Shown here one piece after another: positions 19,670 through 30,236 of a stretch of 64,000 nucleotides of DNA. Position numbers and translations under genes: made by a program. Within the stretch, counting starts at the first letter, position 1, and the number at the start of each line of letters is the position of its first letter. This DNA is from Acidimicrobiia bacterium (lineage in GTDB: Bacteria; Actinomycetota; Acidimicrobiia; IMCC26256; PALSA-610): assembly GCA_027494135.1 (NCBI GenBank), contig JAOSJK010000012.1:546795-610794 (forward strand), read 5' to 3'. The notes under the pieces were generated by a model. It made no database searches, was not told the DNA's origin, and saw only the letters and a program-made list of their open reading frames with translations.

Positions 19670-21235
19670 GTGCACGCAGCCGGCGCGTGGTGGACGGAGA
19701 GCGAGGGGGAGGCACGGGTGGAAGACGGGGCGATCGTCGAGCCGGACACCCGCGCCGCGCTTGTCGGCTGGCTCCTCCGGCGCGGCGACGCCCCGGAGAT
19801 CGTCGAGACGCACGTCTCCGTGCTCGGCTTCCAGGGCGACCGCGCTTACAAGGCGAAGAAGGCCGTCTGCTTCGACTTCCTCGACCTGTCCACCTCCGAG
19901 CTGCGGGCCGCCGCCTGCGAGCGCGAGGTCTCGCTCAATCAGAGGCTTGCGCCCGACGTCTACCTGGGCACCGTCGACATCACCGACGCCGACGGCCTGG
20001 TCGTCGAACGAGCCGTCGAGATGCGGCGGATGCCCGCCGCCCGCCGTCTCGCGACGCTGGTGCGGAGCGGAGTCGATGCCGGCCCCTGCATCGACTCCGT
20101 CGCCGAGACCGTCGCCCGATTCCATGCGCTCGCCGAACGGTCGGAGACCATCTCCGCCACTGCCCGGCGCGACGCGATCGCCGACCTATGGGAACGGGGC
20201 TTCGCCGAGACGCGCCCCTTCGTCGGGTCCGTGCTCGACGCCGAGGTCGCCGACCGCGTCGAGCTGCTCGCACGCCGCTACCTCGCCGGGCGCGACCCGC
20301 TCTTCGAGTCGCGGATCGTCTCAGGGCGCATCTGCGACGGCCACGGCGACCTACTCGCCGACGACGTCTTCTGCCTCGACGACGGCCCGCGCATCCTCGA
20401 CTGTCTCGAGTTCGACGACCGACTCCCGGAGCGGCGACGTGCTGGCCGACGTCGCGTTCCTCGCCATGGACCTCGAGCTACTGGGGCGGCCCGACCTGGC
20501 GAAGAGGTTCATCGACCGCTACCGCGCTCACACGTCCGACACCTGGCCGGCCTCGCTCGAGCACCACTACATCGCGTATCGAGCCCACGTTCGCGCCAAG
20601 GTCGCGGCCTGCGCCACGGTCAGGGTGATCCGGCGGCCGCGGACCGCGCACGGGTGCGCTTCGCTCTCGCCGCAGCCCACCTCGAGGCGCAGCGCGTGCG
20701 CCTGGTGCTCGTCGGTGGTCTTCCCGGTACCGGAAAGTCGACCCTCGCAGCTGCGCTGGCCGCCCACACCGGTGCGGCGCTCGAGCGAAGCGACGTGACG
20801 CGCAAAGCGATGGCGGGCCTCGCCGCGACCCACCGCACCGGCGATCGCGAGTCCGAGGGGCTCTACGCTCCCAACGTCACCGACGCCGTCTACCGAGGCC
20901 TCCTCGACACGGCACGCGGGCGCCTCGCCGGCGGCGAGAGCGTGATCCTCGACGCGTCGTGGGCCGGCGCCGCCCACCGTCGCGCCGCCGAGCGGATCGC
21001 GCGCGACACGGCGTCCGATCTGTTGCAGATCCGCTGCGAGGCGATGTCGGATGTGGCGGCGGCGAGGATCTCGCTGCGCGCCGCCGAAGGCGCCGACCCG
21101 TCGGACGCGTCTGTTGCTGTTGCGACCGCGATGGCGCAGAGATTCGAACCCTGGCCCGACGCCGCCACCCTCGACACCACCTCGCTCTCCCCCGAGGCGA
21201 CGCTCGAGCGCGCCGTCGGACTCCTGCCCCCCTGA
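19670..21235 (+). pseudogene. Phosphotransferase (APH-like) + AAA/P-loop kinase fusion (Rv2004c-like architecture); two frame breaks
   Basis: The N- and C-terminal parts are in ORF 19670..21235 (GLPGTGKST Walker A). The middle (SGDVLADVAFLAMDL...HHYIAYRAHVRAKVA) is in the frame of ORF 19425..20798. Breaks lie near 20425 and 20615. Confidence 0.7.
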
Positions 21236-21463
21236 CACGCAGGCCGCGGGACGCGGGACGCAGGACGCGACCCCGAGCCGAGCGAGCACCCGCAGCGCCC
21301 TCGGGGACGACGGACCACGCCGCGCGGACCATCGGCCCTGTCATCGTTCCCGGCGGTTCGGGACCCTGAAGGAGAGCCTCGCGCCCGTCGAGCGGTCGAT
21401 GTGCGGTAGACGAGCGGTCGGCATGCGGGCGACGCCCGCCAACGAGGATGCTGGGAGGCACCT

Positions 21464-23770
21464 GTGGGAGATGCAGCGAGTGGCGCCACCGACATCCTGT
21501 GGTTCGGCGACCTGTCCGCAAGCGACGTGCCGGTCGCGGAGGCAAAGGGGCAAACCTGGGCGAGCTGACCGGGGCGGGCATGCCGGTGCCGCCCGGATTC
21601 GTCGTCGCGGCACCCGCGTACCTCGGCTCCATGGATGCCGGAGCGGTCCGGGCGGAGATCGCGCAGGTCGCCGCCGATCTCGACGTCGACGACCCGACCG
21701 AGCTCGCCACCGGCTCGGCACGCCTGGCAGAGATGGTCCGCAGCGCCGGCCTGCCGCCGGAGCTCCGGCGCCGGGTGCTCGACGCGTACCGCACGCTCGG
21801 CGACACGGCATCCGTCGCAGTCCGCTCATCTGCGACCAGTGAAGACACCGCCGACGCGTCGTTCGCCGGCATGAACGAGACGTTCACCAACGTCGCGGGC
21901 GACGACGCTCTCATCGACCGGATCGTCGACTGCTGGGCGTCGCTCCACGGCCAGAGGGCCGTCGCATACCGGCGCGGACGGGGCGTGGTCGAGGAACCCG
22001 CCATCGCAGTGGTCGTGCAGAAGATGATCGACTCCGAGCGGTCAGGGGTCATGTTCACCGCCGACCCGTCGACGGGCGACAGGGAACGGATGGTGATCGA
22101 GGGGGCGTTCGGACTCGGGGAGGTGGTCGTCGGCGGCCAGGTGGAACCCGACACCTACACGGTCGCCAAGGAGGGCCCACGCCTCCTGACCGTTCGCGTC
22201 GGCCTGAAGACGCACTTGATCGAGCGTGGACCCGACGGCACCGATCGGCGCGTCGACCTCTCGCCCGAGGACGGCGGTCGCCGCGCCCTCACAGACGAGG
22301 AGGTCCTGGATCTCGCACGCATCGGTGCGAGGGTCGAGTCGCACTACGGACGCCCGCAGGACATCGAGTGGGCGATTGCCGGCGGGCAGATCTTCATCGT
22401 GCAGAGCAGACCCATCACGACCCTCACCGAGGTGCCGGGCGAGGAGGCCGCCACGACGTCCGGTGCGCAGCTCATTCGCGGCCTCGCTGCCTCCCCCGGG
22501 CTGGCTGCCGGCCGGGTTCGCGTGGTGCGCGCGGTCGCCGACGGAGATGCGCTCCTGCCCGGCGAGATCCTCGTCGCGGAGATGACGAACCCCGACTGGG
22601 TCCCCGTGCTCCGCCGCGCCGCAGCGTTGGTCACCGACGGGGGCGGCATGACCTGTCACGCCGCGATCGTCAGCCGTGAGCTCGGAGTCCCGTGCGTCGT
22701 CGGCACGCGGAATGCGACGCAGTTGCTGCGCGACGGCGAGCTGGTCACCGTCGACGGGCGCCGTGGCGCGGTCTTCGAGGACGACAACGTCGCCGCGCTC
22801 GCGCCGGCGGCGCACGTAGGCGGCTCAGAGGATGATCGACGCGAGCACCCCCACATCGATCGAGCCGCTCGGGACTCGCCTCTATGTGAACCTCGCCATC
22901 GCAGACCACGCCGAACGCGTCGCGGCCCTGCCCGTCGACGGCGTCGGCCTGCTCCGGGCCGAGTTCATGGTCACCGACGCGCTAGGTGGTCGTCACCCCA
23001 GAGACCTCCTCGCCCACGGCGGCCGCGACGAGTTCCTCGCGAAGATGGAGGCGTCGCTCCTGCGGATCACGTCGGCATTCGCCCCGCGCCCGGTGGTCTA
23101 CAGGACCATCGACTTCCGCAGCAACGAGTTCCGCGGGCTCGCGGGGGGCGACCAGTTCGAGCCGGTCGAGGAGAACCCCATGATCGGCTACCGCGGCTGC
23201 TACCGCTACGTGCGCGAGCCCGACCTGTTCGCACTCGAGTGCGAGCTCCTCGCGCGGGTTCGGGATCAGACTCCGAACCTCCACTTGATGATCCCGTTCG
23301 TCAGGACGCTCTGGGAGCTCGAGGCGTGCCTGGAGCTAGTCGATGCGAGTCCGCTCGGCCGCCAGCACGGCCTGCATCGCTGGGTCATGGCGGAGGTACC
23401 GTCGGTTGCATACCGGATCCCCGAGTACGCGGCGCTCGGCATCGACGGCGTCTCCATCGGATCGAACGACCTCACGCAGCTGATGCTGGGCGTCGACCGC
23501 GACTCCGAGATCTGCTCCGACCTCTTCGACGAGTCCGATGCTGCCGTCCTCGACGCGATCGGCCGCATCATTGCGGCATCACGCGCCGCCGGGATCACTT
23601 CGTCGCTCTGCGGCCAGGCGCCCTCCAACAGACCCGAGTTCGCGGAGCACCTGGTGAGATTCGGCATCACCTCGATCTCCGTCAATCCCGATGCCGCCGA
23701 CCGCGCTCGTCAGGTGATCGGATCGGCCGAGAGACGCCTCCTGCTCGACGACGCCCGACACGGGGTCTAG
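21464..23770 (+). pseudogene. PEP-utilising enzyme (PEP synthase / pyruvate,water dikinase-like); two frame breaks
   Basis: A GTG at 21464 gives [17 protein letters not shown] shift near 21535 leads to [11 protein letters not shown]...SSATSEDT...[20 protein letters not shown] shift near 22830 leads into the PEP-binding TIM-barrel domain (ORF 22832..23770). Confidence 0.8.
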
Positions 23771-23778
23771 GGCTGCCG

Positions 23779-25163
23779 ATGCCGTTCAGAGACCGGCGCG
23801 ACGCAGGCAGACGGCTCGCTGCACTGCTCGGGCACCTCGCGTCGGAGCACCCCGTCGTGCTCGGGCTGCCGCGGGGTGGTGTGCCTGTCGCCTTCGAGGT
23901 CGCCCGCGCGCTCGACGCGCCTCTCGACGTCATAGTCGTCCGTAAGCTCGACTCCCGTACCAGCCGGAGCTGGCCATGGGCGCGATCGGCGAAGACGGCG
24001 TGCGGATCGTCAACGACGACCTGCGGCGCCGGGCCGGCGTCAGCGACGCCGACCTGAGTGCTGTCGAGCGTCGCGAGAGGTCCGAGCTCGAGCGTCGCGC
24101 GGAGCGCTTCCGCAGCGGCCGGGGGCCCGTAGCGATCGCCGGCCGGACGGTAATCGTCGTCGACGACGGCCTGGCGACGGGATCGACCGCGCTCGCCGCC
24201 CTGCAGGTCGCCCGCGCGCACGGCGCATCGCGCGTGGTGCTCGCCGTGCCGGTCGCGCCACCCGAGACGCTGCGCGAGATGGCACGTCACGCCGACGACG
24301 TCGTCTGCGTAGAGGCTCCGGCGAGCATGATGGCGATCGGGCCCTGGTACGACGACTTCCGTCAGACCACAGACGAGGAAGTGGTTCAGCTCCTGGCCTC
24401 AGCTCGAGGCTCCTCCGCCGGGATCTACCCGGCAGACGTCGAGAGCGACGAGTCGGAGACGGGCGCACGCCTGGCGGGCGGCGAGGAGGCTGGGCGCAAC
24501 GAGGAGGTCGACCTGGTCGTGGGCCGCGCGAGGCTCGGAGCGCACCTCGCGGTCCCGGCGCGGGCCAGAGGGCTCGTGGTCTTCGCTCACGGCAGCGGCA
24601 GCAGCAGACAGAGCCCACGCAACAAGCACGTCGCGTCGGTCCTAGCCGGAGCCGGTCTCGGCACCCTCCTGTTCGACCTGCTCACCGAGTCCGAGTCGCT
24701 CGATCGCGCCAACGTCTTCGATGTACGGCTCCTTGCGTCGCGGCTCTCCGGTGCGATCGACGCGTTGCGCTCGGACCCCGGGCTCCGCCCGTTGGCGATC
24801 GGAGCCTTCGGAGCGAGCACCGGGGCCGCCGCCGCGCTGTGGGCGGCCGGCGAACCGTCGAGCCCCATCGCCGCCGTGGTCTCCCGCGGCGGCCGACCGG
24901 ACCTCGCCGGCGCCCGCCTGGCGTACGTGCGCGCCCCCACCCTGCTCATCGTCGGCGGCGCCGACCTCGACGTGCTCGACCTGAACCGGGATGCCGCCCG
25001 CCATCTACGCTGCCCGCACAGGGTCGAGGTGGTGCCGGGGGCCACGCACCTCTTCGACGAACCCGGAACCCTCGCTGCCGCAGCATCTCTCGCACGCGAC
25101 TGGTTCGTCGCGCATCTTCCGAACCCGAGCCTCCCGTCCGGCGGAGGCGGCAGAGGCACCTGA
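23779..25163 (+). pseudogene. Phosphoribosyltransferase + dienelactone-hydrolase-like alpha/beta hydrolase fusion (Rv0571c-like architecture); one frame break
   Basis: ATG at 23779 ([14 protein letters not shown]...[10 protein letters not shown]). A one-base gap near 23949 joins it to ORF 23976..25163 (VIVVDDGLATGST, then VVFAHGSGSSR...GATHLF). Confidence 0.75.
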
Positions 25164-25257
25164 GCCCACCGCGCCCCACGCGGCCCGCCCGGCCGCGCTA
25201 CGAATGGGATCGCGGCACCGACGGCACTCTCGGCGCATACCCGGCGACCCGGACAGG

Positions 25258-25272
25258 GGTGACCTAGTGCCC
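25258..25272 (-). promoter_or_regulatory. GGG-N6-GTCACC box C (reverse orientation)
   Basis: The minus strand reads GGGCACTAGGTCACC. It sits in the 217-bp gap between the PRTase fusion and the CBS-M50 protease gene. Confidence 0.45.
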
Positions 25273-25314
25273 TGGGCGGGGAGCGTCCCGCGCGGGCAAG
25301 ATTATGTCCCTGAT

Positions 25315-25353
25315 GACCTACACAACTGCGACCTACACAACTGCGACCTACAC
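25315..25353. repeat. 15-bp tandem direct repeat x2.6 (GACCTACACAACTGC)
   Basis: Two exact copies plus a 9-nt partial third copy. The patch is relatively AT-rich and lies 28-66 bp upstream of the likely protease start. Confidence 0.9.
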
Positions 25354-25380
25354 GCCGGCGACCACACCGGTGGCAGGGAG

Positions 25381-26526
25381 TTGATCCAGGGCGTCCCTGT
25401 CGGGCGGATCCTGGGGATCCCGCTCCGCCTCGACTGGAGCCTCGGCATCATCTTCTGGCTCCTCTCGTGGGGCCTGGCGACCGGGGCGTTCCCCGACCTG
25501 GCGCCGGGCTCGTCGGAGAGCACCTACTGGGTCGCCGGCGCGTTCACGGCGGCTCTCTTCCTCGCCTCTCTCCTGACCCACGAGATGAGCCACTCCCTCG
25601 TGGCGCGCAGCTACGGGATCGAGGTCGACAACATCACCCTCTGGGTCTTCGGAGGGATAGCAACGCTGCGCGGAGAAGCAACCGAGCCGCGCGCCGACTT
25701 CCGGATAGCGATAGCCGGACCGCTGGCGAGCCTGGCCATAGCCGTCTTCTGCCTCGGCATTGCGGGGGCTCTCGACCTGGCCGGCGCGCCCGACCTGCCG
25801 ATCACGATGGCGGTCTGGCTCGGCTCGATCAACGGGATGCTCGCAGTCTTCAACCTGGCGCCTGCCGCGCCGCTCGACGGCGGCCGTATCCTGCGCGCAT
25901 GGCTGTGGAAGCGCAGGGGCGACCGCGCCAGCGCGGCCCTGAGCGCTACTCGCGCCGGTCGCTTCTTCGGGCAGGTGCTCATCGCTGCGGGCCTGGTCCA
26001 GTTCCTGATCGGCGCGGGCGTCGGGGGGCTCTGGCTCGTCTTCCTCGGCTGGTTCGTGATGACTGCGGCGCGCGGTGAGGAGACTTCGGTCCGGATAGCC
26101 CACGATCTCACCGGCGTCCGCGCCGGCGATGTCATGACACCGGAGCCAGTCGTCGCGCCCGCGACCCTCACCGTGGCCGAGCTCCTAGACGACTTCGTGC
26201 TGCAGCAACGCTGCTCGGCATTCCCGCTCGTCGAGCCCGACGGCGAGGTGAGCGGCCTCGTGACGCTCACCAGGCTCAAGTCGCTCTCTGCGGACGCCCG
26301 CCGGACGATGGCCGTGCGCGACGTGGCGTGGCCCCTCGCGCAGGTACCGACCGCTACGCCATCCGATCCACTGGTAGACCTCGTCGCACGGCTCGGCGAA
26401 GCCGGAGACGGCCGCGCACTGGTGTTCGACGGCACGAAGCTAGTCGGAATCATCTCACCGACCGACGTGTCGAGGGCGCTGCAGATCGCCGAGCTACGTC
26501 GCCGCGGCGAGATGCGACCGAGATGA
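25381..26526 (+). CDS. M50 site-2 metalloprotease with tandem C-terminal CBS domains (Rv2625c-like)
   Basis: HEMSHSLVA (HExxH) and NLAPAAPLDGGRIL motifs, then two CBS repeats. The start is uncertain. TTG 25381 gives the family-typical N-terminus MIQGVPVGRILGIPLRLDWS; GTG 25267 is the alternative. Confidence 0.8.
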   Translation: MIQGVPVGRILGIPLRLDWSLGIIFWLLSWGLATGAFPDLAPGSSESTYWVAGAFTAALFLASLLTHEMSHSLVARSYGIEVDNITLWVFGGIATLRGEATEPRADFRIAIAGPLASLAIAVFCLGIAGALDLAGAPDLPITMAVWLGSINGMLAVFNLAPAAPLDGGRILRAWLWKRRGDRASAALSATRAGRFFGQVLIAAGLVQFLIGAGVGGLWLVFLGWFVMTAARGEETSVRIAHDLTGVRAGDVMTPEPVVAPATLTVAELLDDFVLQQRCSAFPLVEPDGEVSGLVTLTRLKSLSADARRTMAVRDVAWPLAQVPTATPSDPLVDLVARLGEAGDGRALVFDGTKLVGIISPTDVSRALQIAELRRRGEMRPR

Positions 26527-26559
26527 CCGAGTATGAGTCCAGCCGACGAAGGAGACTTC

Positions 26560-27653
26560 ATGCTGCCGTCCGAACTGGAGAAGCTCGCTCGCACACACGC
26601 GTTCCCTGCGGTGACGCTTCTGCTTCCGACACAGCGTGAGCGGCCCGGCAACGCGGAGGACCGGCTCCGTCTCCGCCATCTCGTAGACCGTGCCACGGAA
26701 GAGCTGCTCCGAGGGTTCGACCGACGCGAGGTCGCCCCGTTGGTGGAGCGCCTGAACACCGCCGCTGCCGAGGTCGATTTCTCGCATCCGGGCTCCGGCC
26801 TCGCGATCCTTGCCACCACCGACGAGTCACACGTGTTCGCGGTGCCGTTCGCGCTGCCCGAGCGCGTCGTGGTGAACGAGCGCTTCGCGGTGCGCGACCT
26901 CCTCGTCGGCGTGCATCGGATGCCGCGCTATCGCGTGCTCGTGCTGTCGGCGAAGAAGAGCCGGCTGCTGGAAGGCTCGGGAACGGACCTAGCCGAGTCT
27001 CGATCCGGAGCGTTCCCGGTCGAGGTCGAGCCGCCCCGCGAGGAGGACACCCCACACAAGGATCTGCCCATCCACGAGTCCCAGCGAGAAGAGGGCTACC
27101 GCTTCGTGTTCCGCGCCGTTGACCGGGCACTCGACGAGATCGATGCCGCCAGTCCTCTGCCGGTAGTTCTCGTCGGAGTCGAGCGCGACCTCTCGTTCTT
27201 CCGTGAGGTCACACGCCACGGACGCTCCATAGTCGGCCAGGTGGCAGGTAACCACGTCGCCGATTCGCCTGCGGAGCTCGGCAGGCTCGTCGCTCCCGCG
27301 ATCGAGGCGCACACGGCAGCCGAGGCGTCCGCGGCCGTGGCCGAGCTCAGGGAGGCCGTCGGAACGGGACGTGCCTCGAGCGGCATCAACGACGTGTTCG
27401 CGCTCGCTCACGAAGGGCGTGGTAGGAGGCTGGTCGTCGAGGAGGACTACCGCTATCCTGCTCACATTTCCGGGGACGGCCGGTCCCCGTAGGCGACGCC
27501 GACGCGCCTGCCGGCGGCGTCGAGGGAACCGACGTGGTCGACGCGGTCGAGGTCGTCACGGAGGCCGTGCTCTCCACCGGGGGCGAGATCATCTTCGTTC
27601 CGACGGGCGCCCTCGCTCAGCACGGTGCCATCGGCCTACTGCTCCGCTACTGA
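26560..27653 (+). pseudogene. eRF1/Pelota-like (bacterial archaeo-eukaryotic release-factor-like, Rv2629-like) protein; one frame break
   Basis: ATG at 26560 has an AAGGAG RBS. ORF 26533..27492 stops at 27490. A +1 correction in the C4 run 27485-27488 continues as PVGDADAP...GGEIIFVPTGALAQHGAIGLLLRY* (stop 27651-27653). The family call is by pattern only. Confidence 0.55.
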
Positions 27654-27754
27654 GTGCTCCGCAGTCGACCGGTCGGTTGCACGGGGAGCGGCACCGCCTC
27701 GCAACCGAAGGATCTACTCTGCGGGGTCACACGGCTCTCCGAGAGGCTCTGCGC

Positions 27755-28927
27755 GTGAAAGTGGATGGCGCCGCCTCGGGTCCAGTGGTGCTGGACACCG
27801 CCGGCCTCGCGGCCGCAGTCGAGACGCTGATCGGTGACGGCTGGTCGGTGATCGCCCCGACGGTGCGCGACGGGGCAATGGTCCACGACGTGATCGAGTC
27901 GGTAGCGGACCTGCCTACCGGGTGGGGCGACAAGCAGGAGCCGGGCCGCTACCGACTGCGGCGGCGAGACGACTCCGCTCGCTTCGGCTACGCAGCGCCC
28001 GCGCAGTCGTGGAAGCGCCTCCTCTTTCCGCCGCGCACGACGCTGTGGCGGGCGCACCGTCCCCCGCCCGGGTCAGCTGATCGCGACGCCGGCGACTTCG
28101 TCGTGCAGGTCGCCACTGCCACGCCCAGGTACGCCTTCCTCGGCGCCCGCGCCTGCGAGGTGCGCGCGATCGAGATCCAGGACAGGGTCTTCCTGGGCGG
28201 CGCCCACACCGACCCCGGCTATCGGGCAGCGCGGGAGTCCGCCCTGGTGATCGCCGTCAACTGCAGCTCACCGGCGGACACCTGCTTCTGCTCATCGATG
28301 GACGCCGGACCACGTGTTGCATCCGGGGCCGACGTCGTACTGACAGAGGTGGCAGAGCCGCAGCACCGCGAGCCCTGGTACCTGGCAGAGGCCTTCTCAG
28401 ACCGCGGCGCAGCGCTGCTCCGACGCGTGCCGTCGGCCGCCGCGACCCCCGAGGCGATCGACGCGGCCGACGCGGTGGTCGCGAACGCGGCCGCTCACAT
28501 GGGGCGCGAGATGCCCGACGTCGATCTCCACGAGCTCCTGTCGGAGTCGCTCGAGCACCCCCGCTGGGACGACGTGGCCGAGCGCTGCCTGGCGTGCACG
28601 AGCTGCACCCTCGTCTGCCCGACCTGCTTCTGCAGCTCCGTCGAGGACGTGACCGACCTGACCGGGACGGAGGCACGCCGAGACCGCCGCTGGGCATCCT
28701 GTTTCGAGCTCGACCACTCCTACCTGCACGGCGGCAGCATTCGCTCCGGTATCCGCTCCATGTACCGGCAGTGGCTGACACACAAGCTCGGTACGTGGTT
28801 CGACCAGTTCGGGACATCGGGCTGCGTCGGCTGCGGGCGCTGCGTCACATGGTGCCCCGCAGGGATCGACATCACCGAGGAGATCCGCGCGATAGCCGGA
28901 CCCCACCTGCAGGAGGTGACGCCTTGA
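27755..28927 (+). CDS. hyhB: Group 3b [NiFe]-hydrogenase beta subunit-like 4Fe-4S protein (AsrA/HydB-like)
   Basis: GTG at 27755 within ORF 27371..28927. Cys clusters CLACTSCTLVCPTCFC and CVGCGRCVTWCP are present. It is the first gene of a translationally coupled chain. Confidence 0.75.
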   Translation: MKVDGAASGPVVLDTAGLAAAVETLIGDGWSVIAPTVRDGAMVHDVIESVADLPTGWGDKQEPGRYRLRRRDDSARFGYAAPAQSWKRLLFPPRTTLWRAHRPPPGSADRDAGDFVVQVATATPRYAFLGARACEVRAIEIQDRVFLGGAHTDPGYRAARESALVIAVNCSSPADTCFCSSMDAGPRVASGADVVLTEVAEPQHREPWYLAEAFSDRGAALLRRVPSAAATPEAIDAADAVVANAAAHMGREMPDVDLHELLSESLEHPRWDDVAERCLACTSCTLVCPTCFCSSVEDVTDLTGTEARRDRRWASCFELDHSYLHGGSIRSGIRSMYRQWLTHKLGTWFDQFGTSGCVGCGRCVTWCPAGIDITEEIRAIAGPHLQEVTP

Positions 28928-29391
28928 CGAAGCGGACGATCCGTGACCTGCTCGGCGATCATCCGTTCTTCGCCGACCTCGACCCGGAATACCTCGACCT
29001 GATCGCCGGCTGCGGGCAGAACGTGGTGTTCGCAGCCGATACGCCCATCGCCCGGGAGGGTGAGCCGGCTGACTTCTTCTATGTGCTGCGCGAAGGCCGC
29101 GTCGCCCTCGACGTCCACGAGCCGGCCCGGGGGCCGATCGTCGTGGCGACACTCTCTCCGGGCGACGTCCTCGGGTGGTCGTGGCTCTTCGCGCCGTACC
29201 GCTGGCGCTTCGACGTGCGTGCGCTGGAGCCCGTCCGCGCCGTGGCGCTCGACGGCGTCTGCCTGCGCGGCAAGTGCGACGCCGATCCCCGCCTCGGATA
29301 CGACCTGGTCCACCGATTCGCCGGAATCATGGTCGCCCGTCTCGAGTCGACCAGGCTGCAGCTCCTGAACGTGTACGGCTGGCCCGCGTGA
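28924..29391 (+). CDS. Cyclic-nucleotide-binding (cNMP/Crp-type) domain protein embedded in the hydrogenase operon
   Basis: The TTG at 28924 overlaps the upstream stop (TTGA). The 155-aa product shows FFADLDPEYLDLIAG...REGEPADFFYVLREGRVAL...GDVLGWSWL. There is no HTH output domain. Confidence 0.7.
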   Translation: MTKRTIRDLLGDHPFFADLDPEYLDLIAGCGQNVVFAADTPIAREGEPADFFYVLREGRVALDVHEPARGPIVVATLSPGDVLGWSWLFAPYRWRFDVRALEPVRAVALDGVCLRGKCDADPRLGYDLVHRFAGIMVARLESTRLQLLNVYGWPA

Positions 29392-30236
29392 CAGCGACCG
29401 CCACCGCCACGGGTCCCATGGCCCCCATGGTCCCGCACCGTTACCGAGTCGTCTCGCGCCATACCGAGACCTCCGACACCGTGACGATCCACGTCGAGCC
29501 GCTCGGCGACCCGATCGACGCGCCGCGGCCCGGTCAGTTCGCGATGCTCTGGGCCTTCGGCATCGGTGAGGTCCCGATCTCGTTCTCCGGTCTTCCCGGC
29601 GACGGGCGGCTCGGCCACACCATCCGCGCAGTCGGGACCGCCACCTCCGCCCTCGCGGCATCGGAGCCTGGAACGGTCATAGGCGTACGCGGCCCCTTCG
29701 GCAACGGCTGGGACGTCGGCGACGCCGACGGCGGCGACGTCATGATCGTCGCCGGGGGTCTCGGGCTCGCACCGCTACGCCCCGCCGTAGACGCCGTCCT
29801 CGCAGAGCGTGATCGGTACCGCCGCGCCGTGCTGCTGATCGGCACGCGCTCCCCCGACGATCTGATGTTCCACGACGACCTCGCTCGCTGGCGCGGCCGT
29901 CTCGACCTCGACGTGCAGGTAACCGTCGATGCGGCCGACACCGGCTGGCACGGCGACGTCGGCGTCGTCACCACCCTCATCGGTCGCGTGCCGGTCGAAC
30001 CGGGCAACACGTTGGCACTCGTCTGCGGACCCGAGGTGATGATGCGCTTCACCACCCGTTCGCTGATCGACCGCGGCCTCGATGCCGAACGCATCCGCGT
30101 CTCCCTGGAGCGCAACATGCAGTGCGGGGTCGGGCACTGCGGGCACTGCCAGCTCGGACCCGAGCTGGTCTGTCTCGACGGACCCGTCTTCGCCTGGAGT
30201 CGCGTCGCAGCCCAGTCCGCGGTCCGCGAGCGATGA
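29388..30236 (+). CDS. hyhG: Group 3b hydrogenase gamma subunit-like FAD/NAD(P)-binding oxidoreductase with a C-terminal 2Fe-2S motif (AsrB/HydG-like)
   Basis: The GTG at 29388 overlaps the upstream stop (GTGA). It has a ferredoxin-reductase-type fold pattern ([22 protein letters not shown]) and a C-terminal [10 protein letters not shown]. Confidence 0.75.
   Translation: MTATATATGPMAPMVPHRYRVVSRHTETSDTVTIHVEPLGDPIDAPRPGQFAMLWAFGIGEVPISFSGLPGDGRLGHTIRAVGTATSALAASEPGTVIGVRGPFGNGWDVGDADGGDVMIVAGGLGLAPLRPAVDAVLAERDRYRRAVLLIGTRSPDDLMFHDDLARWRGRLDLDVQVTVDAADTGWHGDVGVVTTLIGRVPVEPGNTLALVCGPEVMMRFTTRSLIDRGLDAERIRVSLERNMQCGVGHCGHCQLGPELVCLDGPVFAWSRVAAQSAVRER

Noticed and set aside
21141-21153. A tRNA T-arm-like string, GATTCGAACCCTG.
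   Set aside because: It lies inside the APH+AAA coding frame (AQRFEPWPD). No acceptor or anticodon stems can be drawn around it.
21325-21338. A weak box-like sequence, CGGACCATCGGCCC, upstream of the PEP dikinase gene. A GGTCC-N6-GGACC inverted repeat (about 2524-2539) upstream of WS/DGAT is similar.
   Set aside because: Each matches only about 10 of 14 positions of the arcC-type box. Neither fits GGG-N6-GTCACC. They are too degenerate to count without a scored motif model.
24991-25380. The N-terminal 130 codons of ORF 24991..26526, including the DLHNC repeats, as part of the M50 protease.
   Set aside because: The upstream part overlaps the end of the PRTase-fusion gene out of frame and is Arg/Pro-rich. 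M50 proteins typically begin just before the first TM segment (…GRILGIPLRLDWS). A GTG start at 25267 cannot be fully excluded.
27675-27708. A short inverted repeat (CGGTTGC ... GCAACCG, ~20-nt loop) between the eRF1-like gene and the hydrogenase operon, considered as a terminator.
   Set aside because: It has only a 7-bp stem, a long loop and no U-tract. This is insufficient to call.
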